64,000 bases of DNA, taken from Candidatus Zhuqueibacterota bacterium. Lineage in GTDB: Bacteria > Zhuqueibacterota > Zhuqueibacteria > Residuimicrobiales > Oceaniaggregativiventaceae. Positions 57,062-64,000 of this stretch are shown piece by piece. The stretch covers positions 120,775-184,774 of the forward strand of contig WJME01000045.1 in assembly GCA_014728115.1 (NCBI GenBank), given 5' to 3'. Every line of letters starts with the position of its first letter. Positions within the stretch are counted from its first letter, which is position 1. Below the pieces are notes generated by a model. The model was not told the DNA's origin. It searched no databases and worked only from the letters and a program-made list of their open reading frames with translations. Both the position numbers and the translations under genes were made by a program.

Positions 57062-59359
57062 TTATTTCAGCTTGATCATTGAGGATTGTATTTGATGGTG
57101 GGGAGTTTTTACGACAATGAAATAGAGTCCGGTGGCCAAAGGATGGCCCTTCCCATCATCCCCTTGCCATTGCACCCTCATGGATCCGGCCAGATCACCA
57201 CTCCAAAGTTGTTTCACGTTTTGTCCGCGAGTATTATAGACACATATCTCTACATCGTTAGATTCGCCTCTAATCTCCACCGTGGTCAAAGTTTTAAAGG
57301 GCGTTGGATATATGTATAGCTCCAAATCATCCGGAAAATCTAAAGAAATAGGTCTCTGAGGATAAATCGTCATGGTCCCATCCAGATCTACCTGTACAAT
57401 CCTGTAATACCAGATTCCGGCATGATAAAGTGTATCTTGCACCTGATAATAATGTTCCCCACTGCTTTCCGGCTGTGCTGCGACAAAACCGATTCGCTGC
57501 CATGTCTGATCATCCTCTGATCTTTCGACGTAAAATCCATAGTTGGCTCTTTCCTCTCCCGTAATCCAGCTAACCCGGACAGAGTTGGAGGAAAGACTGA
57601 CAATTTCAAAATTCAACAATTCCACGGGCAAGGGATCACTTGCAGAAAATTCAGATGTATTCCCATCGTCTTCAATGGCCAAAGCCAGTATTTGAAAATC
57701 AAGAGGCACATCACCCTGCCAAATAAAAAATCCCATAGAATCAACCGAGACAGAATCAAGAAAGCCGAGTGTACCGAGAGCGTTTCCTTTATAGAGTTCG
57801 ACTTTTGAGCCAGGCGCAGCCGTTCCCTTGACTGTATTTTGTTCCACGGTCAGAATTTTCGGAGGAGTGAGTTCTGTATTTCCGCCGTTCCTATTTTCAA
57901 CCATTTTCTCCTTGTTGGCAAATATTAAATTGCGAGTCAATGTATTGCCAAATGTTTCACCACCGAGAACAAGGACGCCGTTGAAAAAGCTGCCGGTAAT
58001 CCGATTATCCGGTCCAAATAGGTTGTCATGTGCCCCCCCCTGCACCAAAATTCCAGTGGGCTGACCCGCCACAAGAGAGCTGTCCGGAGTCATACCAATA
58101 TAATTTCCCCAAAAGTGATTATGGGAGGTCCCTTTGTAATTCAAAGAGAGACCCGCCCAGCCCCACTCATTGTAATCTTCGACCCCATTGCTGCAAATAA
58201 TATTACCTGGCCCAATGGTATTATATTGAGGATATCCTTCCTGGTCATCGCCATAAAAATAGATGCCATTATGCTTATTGGGAGCAGGAGTTATTAAATC
58301 GGCACTCAATCCGATAATATTTCCCTTAAAAATATTATAGCGTGATTTACGGGCAAATTGGATCCCGCTGGAAAAGTTTCCTGATATCACATTTGCCTCA
58401 GAAAGACGGTCCCCACCAACCATATTATGCGCCGCTCCTCTGCCTATGACGATACCGGCTTCAGCATTGGGCAAAAGGGTTTTTCCGTCCATGCCAACGC
58501 CAAAATAATTTCCGCGCACCGTATTGCTATCCGCGCCGATCCACTCGATACGCATTCCGGTTCTGTTATTGCCGGAAAAAATGTTGCGCCCTCCTGCAGT
58601 ACCATCACCAATAACATTACGATAGGATCCCAGGCCGAGAATCAACCCGGCTGCGTTTTGTTGTCGCCAAACCAGGCCATTGGGAGCAGAACTCAAACCC
58701 GTGACATCGATACCTGACCAATTATTCAGAAAAACATTATGATGTGACAACTCGACTCTGATACCATAATTCTCATTACCTGAAAAAATATTTCTGTTTC
58801 GTTCACCATAATTTCCAATTGAATTATGGTGGCTATATCCCAGCATTTCTAATCCGCTCCCAGAATTCCCAACTCTTGACACCCCATCTGCCGACAACCC
58901 GGCATAACATCCCTGAATAGTGTTATGGTGAGAGGACTCGCCGCGCAATTGGATGCCGGATGAACCGAATTGGCCGATAGCTACCCCTTGAATGATATTA
59001 TTAGCGGAAAGAATCACCAATCCTGGCAGAGTAATTGATGCGTTTCCCAAAATTAAAACTGAGGGCCGAAGGGGGGATGCGGAAGGCTGTGAAAAGCCAT
59101 CCAAAAAATTGGCATCATCAGTAAGTTCCGGTAAAGGTGAATTGAGCTGAATGGTACAAAAATCAGGATTGTACCCCGAGTCAGTCTCTGGAATGGCAAA
59201 GAGAATAGTATCGGGACCGGTACGAGTCTGGGCCATTTGCAGAGCATTGCGCAGAGAGCCTGGACCGGTATCGGCTGTATTGACCACTCGGAAAGTGTCC
59301 GCATATAGAGGTAATATGATGGTCAAAAGAAAGATCAAAGAACGCTTTATCATGTGCAA
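57062..59359 (-). CDS. Secreted right-handed parallel beta-helix repeat protein with T9SS type-A C-terminal sorting domain
   Basis: Signal peptide, many 'NxxxGNxI' PbH1-like repeats, C-terminal '...ATGLYFIVVKTPHH' resembling the CTD of the S8 peptidase. Confidence 0.7.
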   Translation of the reverse strand: MHMIKRSLIFLLTIILPLYADTFRVVNTADTGPGSLRNALQMAQTRTGPDTILFAIPETDSGYNPDFCTIQLNSPLPELTDDANFLDGFSQPSASPLRPSVLILGNASITLPGLVILSANNIIQGVAIGQFGSSGIQLRGESSHHNTIQGCYAGLSADGVSRVGNSGSGLEMLGYSHHNSIGNYGERNRNIFSGNENYGIRVELSHHNVFLNNWSGIDVTGLSSAPNGLVWRQQNAAGLILGLGSYRNVIGDGTAGGRNIFSGNNRTGMRIEWIGADSNTVRGNYFGVGMDGKTLLPNAEAGIVIGRGAAHNMVGGDRLSEANVISGNFSSGIQFARKSRYNIFKGNIIGLSADLITPAPNKHNGIYFYGDDQEGYPQYNTIGPGNIICSNGVEDYNEWGWAGLSLNYKGTSHNHFWGNYIGMTPDSSLVAGQPTGILVQGGAHDNLFGPDNRITGSFFNGVLVLGGETFGNTLTRNLIFANKEKMVENRNGGNTELTPPKILTVEQNTVKGTAAPGSKVELYKGNALGTLGFLDSVSVDSMGFFIWQGDVPLDFQILALAIEDDGNTSEFSASDPLPVELLNFEIVSLSSNSVRVSWITGEERANYGFYVERSEDDQTWQRIGFVAAQPESSGEHYYQVQDTLYHAGIWYYRIVQVDLDGTMTIYPQRPISLDFPDDLELYIYPTPFKTLTTVEIRGESNDVEICVYNTRGQNVKQLWSGDLAGSMRVQWQGDDGKGHPLATGLYFIVVKTPHHQIQSSMIKLK

Positions 59360-59372
59360 CCCCGGATGCCAG

Positions 59373-61109
59373 CTATTCGGATAAACGTGAATCTTTTTTG
59401 CGATAGTGTATCACACGTAGTTCTTGGTTCATAGGGATAAGATCATCGATACTCGTGGTGCCATGAAATCCCCGCTCTTCAACACGATCAAAATATACAT
59501 CCATTGAATCGCAGACAAACCAGTCATTGGGATAAGAAAGCAAAATCCAAACGTCGGTATGGGTCTTTTTCCTGAAATCAGGAAATTGCAGCCGGCGCAA
59601 AGGAATTTTGGTATCGAGTCCATAATAAAAGAAAGGCTTTTTCCCGAATAAATGATCCAATATGATCGGTTCCTCTGCTTGTCTTTTGCTCTTTACCCAC
59701 TCGGCAGCGCCGCGCCAGTCATTTTTTGTGTTCCAGGTTTCAAAATGCACAAATGAATATGAAGCAAATACAAAAATGAGAAAAACGGGAATAATTGCAT
59801 AGCGTTTTAATCTATCAATCCCGATTGCAATCAAAATAAAATATGCGGGCATGATTACAGACATGCTACGCAACAGCATATATGGACTTTTTATGGAAAG
59901 CAGTCCGGCGACAAGTATCGGAAACAGAGTATTTGCGATTAAAAAACCCAGAGGTTCTCTATAATGCTTCTTTTCCTGATGTGTCAGCAGGGCTTTAATC
60001 TTGTCGGAAAAATAGGGAAACAAAACAAGTATTGCCAATAATAATAATCCCATTAGAGAGGCGTATAAAAAGCTGATCGGCAGAGTTTCGAGCTGATCAA
60101 CATGATAGGACTTTATTGCTTCTGCATAGATTTGTTCATTATCAGCAATTTCTCCCTTTAACATTCCGAGCCAGGTAGAGACAGGCACAAAAGACAGCAA
60201 CAAAAATATTGAGCTCACAATCAATGTGGGCATCACAAGAAAGGATTTCATCTGCCTGGCGATAACAAATTTAAATTCAGTCTTCTTTTTCACCAGATAA
60301 CTCACAGCAAGTATTAACAAGAATGCTATTGTCAAACGGCCGGCCCAGATAATAAGCGATGAATTTGCCGCAGCATAGGGATTGAGGCTATCAAAAAGAT
60401 CTCGAACAAAAATCAAATCCAGTTGTTTATACATGGGACGTGTTTTTGATAAAAGCTGACTTGTCATAAAAGGAATCCATGGCAGATATCCTACGGCAAT
60501 ACCCAGCTGTACAAGCCACCACTCCTTAAACCAAGATTTATGCACGATGGAACGCATCATTACCCAAAGTACTTGAGCGATCCAAATGACAAAAGCAAAA
60601 TAGTGGGTATAAATCGCAATTAGAATAACGATAGCATATGCAAAACTATACTTTCTATTGCCGGTCGAAAATCGTTGCCAAAGAAAAAAGCAGGAAAGGA
60701 TCACCAAGAACATAACAAAAGCGTTTGACCTGGCGTTTTGTGATAACCACACATGCCATGGGGACAATACTAACAATAATGCAGCGATGAATCCGACTCT
60801 GCGATTACTCAATCTTGTCCCCAGAGACCATAAAAGTGGAATAGAAAGGACCGCAAAAAAGACCGATATGCTCCGCAATGCCGGCTCACTCATTCCAAAC
60901 CAGGTTATCCAAAAATGGTGCAGAACGTAAAAGAGAGGCGGATGAACATCATTGATCGTCATAATCACCACACGAAAGAGTGATTCAGCAGCGTAAAACG
61001 AGCCAATGGTTTCGTCTATAGAAAAACTTTTGAAATTTAAATGATAGATTCGTACTATTAGGCCAGTGACAATTAAAACAGCCAAAAAGAAGATATTCCG
61101 TTTGTTCAT
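59373..61109 (-). CDS. GT39/GT83-like (ArnT/PMT family) membrane glycosyltransferase
   Basis: Multi-TM, N-terminal loop 'FSIDETIGSFYAAE' (DE motif), 578 aa. Confidence 0.7.
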   Translation of the reverse strand: MNKRNIFFLAVLIVTGLIVRIYHLNFKSFSIDETIGSFYAAESLFRVVIMTINDVHPPLFYVLHHFWITWFGMSEPALRSISVFFAVLSIPLLWSLGTRLSNRRVGFIAALLLVLSPWHVWLSQNARSNAFVMFLVILSCFFLWQRFSTGNRKYSFAYAIVILIAIYTHYFAFVIWIAQVLWVMMRSIVHKSWFKEWWLVQLGIAVGYLPWIPFMTSQLLSKTRPMYKQLDLIFVRDLFDSLNPYAAANSSLIIWAGRLTIAFLLILAVSYLVKKKTEFKFVIARQMKSFLVMPTLIVSSIFLLLSFVPVSTWLGMLKGEIADNEQIYAEAIKSYHVDQLETLPISFLYASLMGLLLLAILVLFPYFSDKIKALLTHQEKKHYREPLGFLIANTLFPILVAGLLSIKSPYMLLRSMSVIMPAYFILIAIGIDRLKRYAIIPVFLIFVFASYSFVHFETWNTKNDWRGAAEWVKSKRQAEEPIILDHLFGKKPFFYYGLDTKIPLRRLQFPDFRKKTHTDVWILLSYPNDWFVCDSMDVYFDRVEERGFHGTTSIDDLIPMNQELRVIHYRKKDSRLSE

Positions 61110-61256
61110 CTTGGGTATCCGCGGATAAGTGTCTGGTTACAAATAAACTCAAAGATTTTAAGCAAAACCATAATACATTACACCGATATCGGATGATGAA
61201 AACACCGTACAACAACGAATCACCAACTCGAATACCAGGAAAACAAGGAGATCTCT

Positions 61257-62258
61257 ATGAAAAAACTCGTATTGTTGCCTCTCATTACCATCGTTTTGGC
61301 GTGTGGTCAGACCTCCAAATGGGATGAAAATTCTACTACCTATCAAGTGGCCAAGGGAGTCTCGGAAAACTTGCCGATTTTGTCACCTGATGAGAACAAA
61401 ACTCTGGTTACAACCAATGATTTCAGCATCGATGTAAAAACTCTTTTTAATGATCTAAAATCTGGTATGGGCAGTAACTTTAATTCTCTTTCTCAGCTTT
61501 CAGTGACTGAACAAAGAGATTTTATTGGGCGCTATCTCAGCACCATGGTCGAGACCAGATTGTTAGAAACAGCAGCCAAGCAAAGGGGCATTAACGTGAC
61601 GTTGGCCAAAATTGACAGTATATATGAAAAATTAGCTCAAGCCAACGGTGGCGAGGAACAATTTGTGGCCATGTTGGAAAAAAATGACCTCGATATTGCT
61701 TCCTTGAAAGATGAAATCAAAAGTTCTTTATATAAAGATCAGTTTCTCACTCAATATGTATACAAGCAAATACAGATAAGTGAAGACGAACTTTTTCAAT
61801 CTTATCAAATGCCTCAGAAAGCCACTGTTCGTCATATTCTCCTGAGCACAAAGGGCAAGACAGACGCTGAAAAAACAGAAATCCTGGAAAAGATGAAAAT
61901 GATTCTGAAACAGGCCAAAGACGGTGCAGATTTTGCAAAGCTGGCTGAAAAATATTCAGAAGATCCAGGCTCCAACGATAAAGGTGGTCTTTATGAAAGC
62001 TTTGATCGCGGGGTAATGGTCCCCGAATTTGACAAGGCGGCATTCACTGTTGCAATCGGCGAAATAAGTGATATTATTGAAACTCGCTTTGGATACCACA
62101 TCCTCAAAGTGATCAGTAGAGAATCTGAAACGAGACCATTCGATAGTGTCAAAGAAGACCTTGAAAAAACCTTACTGAACAAAAAACGTCAAAACGCCTA
62201 TGATGAAACCATTAAATCACTAAAGGTTCAGTTAAATTACAAAAATATTTTTTCCTAA
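61257..62258 (+). CDS. Peptidyl-prolyl cis-trans isomerase, SurA/PrsA-like (parvulin domain)
   Basis: Signal peptide; parvulin 'GGLYESFDRGVMVPEFDKAAF...FGYHILKV'. Confidence 0.8.
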   Translation: MKKLVLLPLITIVLACGQTSKWDENSTTYQVAKGVSENLPILSPDENKTLVTTNDFSIDVKTLFNDLKSGMGSNFNSLSQLSVTEQRDFIGRYLSTMVETRLLETAAKQRGINVTLAKIDSIYEKLAQANGGEEQFVAMLEKNDLDIASLKDEIKSSLYKDQFLTQYVYKQIQISEDELFQSYQMPQKATVRHILLSTKGKTDAEKTEILEKMKMILKQAKDGADFAKLAEKYSEDPGSNDKGGLYESFDRGVMVPEFDKAAFTVAIGEISDIIETRFGYHILKVISRESETRPFDSVKEDLEKTLLNKKRQNAYDETIKSLKVQLNYKNIFS

Positions 62259-62323
62259 TCAACATTATTTCCCCAATTGTCATAAAACCGGATTATTTAA
62301 TCAAGTTATCGCACCAAAAAAAG

Positions 62324-62352
62324 TTGACATTCTATAAAAGAATCGTTAAATT
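62324..62352 (+). promoter_or_regulatory. Sigma-70-type promoter TTGACA-17-TAAATT upstream of ptsN
   Basis: TTGACA 62324-62329, TAAATT 62347-62352. Confidence 0.4.
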
Positions 62353-62409
62353 TAATGCTGACTTTATATTTCGAGGTGGTGCTCCCCGGGCTACCTCCAG
62401 GAGGTATGG

Positions 62410-62865
62410 TTGAGAGTAGCTGATTACTTTAAAGATAATCTTATTTTTCTGGATTTAGAAGCATCAGACAAGAGTGTTGCTATCTCAAAAATGGTACATC
62501 GTATGAAATTGGCCGACGCAATCGATGATGAAGCCAAATTCTATAAAGAAGTGCTGGAGCGGGAAAAGTTGGGGAGCACATCCATAGGCAATGGAGTCGC
62601 CCTGCCACACGCCAGAACAGAAAATGTATCCGAAATTGTCGTCGCTATGGCCCGCTTGAGAGAGGGAATCAATTACGATGATGAAAACACTCTGCCGGTA
62701 CGCTTGATTTTTCTCTTAGGTACCCCCTTGAAGGCAGTGGGTGAATATTTAAAAGTATTGGCTCGATTGTCAAAAATTTTAAAAGAAAATTCGACTCGCA
62801 AGTCCCTCCTGGAAGCGGATAGTGCAACTCGCATTCGTCAGATTTTTTCTCAAGCGGAAGATTAA
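62410..62865 (+). CDS. ptsN: PTS EIIA type-2 (nitrogen regulatory EIIA-Ntr) protein, TTG start
   Basis: 'GNGVALPHAR' phospho-His region; GGAGG RBS at 62399-62403. Confidence 0.75.
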   Translation: MRVADYFKDNLIFLDLEASDKSVAISKMVHRMKLADAIDDEAKFYKEVLEREKLGSTSIGNGVALPHARTENVSEIVVAMARLREGINYDDENTLPVRLIFLLGTPLKAVGEYLKVLARLSKILKENSTRKSLLEADSATRIRQIFSQAED

Positions 62866-62873
62866 GTATTTCA

Positions 62874-64000
62874 ATGGATTTCATCAGTAAAAGTCGTCGC
62901 TTATTTAATAGATATACCTTGTCCACCACGGGACGGCTCTTTTTTGCCAGCCTGGTTGTAGGTGTCGTTGCCGGTGTGGGGGCCATTGTTTTTTTTACTT
63001 TATTACAATGGTTGTCCCATATCTGCCTGCATGAACTGGCACATTATTTTCCACCTGAACCCCGGGGTGAATTGAGTGGAGTTGAAGCGGTCTCCTTGCC
63101 CATCAGATCATGGGTGTTTTTGATCGTACCCACCCTTGGCGGATTGTTATCCGGTTTTCTGGTCTTCAAACTTGCCCCAGAAGCAGAAGGTCACGGTACA
63201 GATGCTGTGATCGAGGCATTTCATCATAAAAAGGGAGTTATCCGTAAGCGGGTACCACTTGTTAAAACTCTGGCTTCGATTATCACTATCGGCACAGGAG
63301 GGAGTGCGGGCAGGGAAGGTCCTATTGCCCAAATCGGTGCCGGATTTGGATCGTATCTGTCTGATCTTCTTAGGTTAAGTGATGATGAAAAAAGAATTCT
63401 CTTGATCGCAGGAGCGGCCGGCGGCATAGGAGCCATATTCCGTTCTCCTCTCGGAGGAGCATTATTTGCCGTAGAAGTGCTCTATCGTCGGGATTTTGAA
63501 TCAAAGGGCCTCATTCCCGCTCTGGTCTCGTCTATTATTGCCTATTCCATATTCACGTCGAGATTTGGTTGGGGATTTTTGTTTGAAACACCTCACTATG
63601 TATTCGATCATCCCAGTGAACTCTTGTTTTACGCTGCTCTTGGTCTGGTTTGCGCAGCTGTCGGGTATGTGTATGTAAAAGTCTTTTATGGCACCCGCGA
63701 TCAATTTTTTCACCGTATCCCCATAAAACCGCATTGGAAACCTGCTATCGGTGGATTTTTGGTCGGTATTCTCGGTTTTTTCGCCCCCCATGCTCTTGCC
63801 TCGGGTTATGGATATTTACAGCAAGCGATGGACGGAACGCTGACCATCCATTTTATGCTTATCGCCGTGATTCTAAAGATCTTTGCCACCTCATTCACTA
63901 TCAGTTCCGGCGGGAGTGGCGGTGTTTTTGCGCCGTCTTTATTTATCGGAGGTATGCTCGGAGGAGCTTTTGGCCAACTCGCTGAATTGCTGTTCCCCTC
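62874..64000 (+). CDS. ClC-family chloride channel / H+-Cl- antiporter (3' partial, runs off window); absent from the ORF track
   Basis: 'GSAGREGP' selectivity-filter motif, 'GGVFAPSLFIG', multi-TM; open frame from ATG 62874 to the window end. Confidence 0.85.
   Translation, partial: MDFISKSRRLFNRYTLSTTGRLFFASLVVGVVAGVGAIVFFTLLQWLSHICLHELAHYFPPEPRGELSGVEAVSLPIRSWVFLIVPTLGGLLSGFLVFKLAPEAEGHGTDAVIEAFHHKKGVIRKRVPLVKTLASIITIGTGGSAGREGPIAQIGAGFGSYLSDLLRLSDDEKRILLIAGAAGGIGAIFRSPLGGALFAVEVLYRRDFESKGLIPALVSSIIAYSIFTSRFGWGFLFETPHYVFDHPSELLFYAALGLVCAAVGYVYVKVFYGTRDQFFHRIPIKPHWKPAIGGFLVGILGFFAPHALASGYGYLQQAMDGTLTIHFMLIAVILKIFATSFTISSGGSGGVFAPSLFIGGMLGGAFGQLAELLFP

Noticed and set aside
62874-64000. Fluoride riboswitch ahead of the ClC gene
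   Set aside because: Only 8 nt separate ptsN and the ClC start, and the filter motif is GREGP (Cl- type), not the ClC-F type.
1-64000. CRISPR arrays, tRNA/rRNA genes, transposases or integrases, prophage or defence islands
   Set aside because: I saw no direct-repeat/spacer periodicity, no tRNA-like GGTTCGAATCC T-arm contexts in intergenic regions, and no ORF with a DDE, tyrosine-recombinase or serine-recombinase signature. A phage or defence-system interpretation of this window is not supported.

Overview
The window is a 64-kb chromosomal segment of moderate GC (about 43-45%), densely coding and bacterial. It reads as a member of the FCB superphylum but probably not a classical Bacteroidia. 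Two proteins end in type-A T9SS C-terminal sorting domains, yet the clearest promoters are of the sigma-70 TTGACA-17-TAAAAT type. Most genes are housekeeping or envelope functions: mpl, rodZ, maf, dtd, greA, upp, purU, pepD, nagB, bfr, a MacAB-like efflux set, M16 and M28 peptidases, an amidase, an ABC-2 transporter, a PPIase and ptsN. There is a strong nitrogen and sigma-54 theme: a glnK-amt operon with a candidate sigma-54 promoter, an NtrC-family activator, and EIIA-Ntr. I found no CRISPR array, no tRNA or rRNA, and no transposase or integrase. The most unusual content is a 10-kb, tightly packed, apparently sigma-54-dependent signalling operon at 24.4-34.8 kb on the minus strand. It encodes a 46-aa membrane peptide, a 1,324-aa membrane-anchored multi-GAF/PAS histidine kinase, a stand-alone receiver, a 1,278-aa P-loop-NTPase-GAF-histidine-kinase fusion, a second receiver, and an NtrC-type sigma-54 activator. 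Other notable items: a translationally coupled pair of a QxxRW-type GT2 and a SPASM/twitch radical-SAM enzyme; a GraL-like intrinsic terminator in the greA leader; four tandem DnaA boxes in a 73-bp intergenic spacer; and a 6TM Kv-type channel with a C-terminal zinc ribbon. Several start codons in the supplied ORF track appear over-extended; I give the corrected starts and the reasons.
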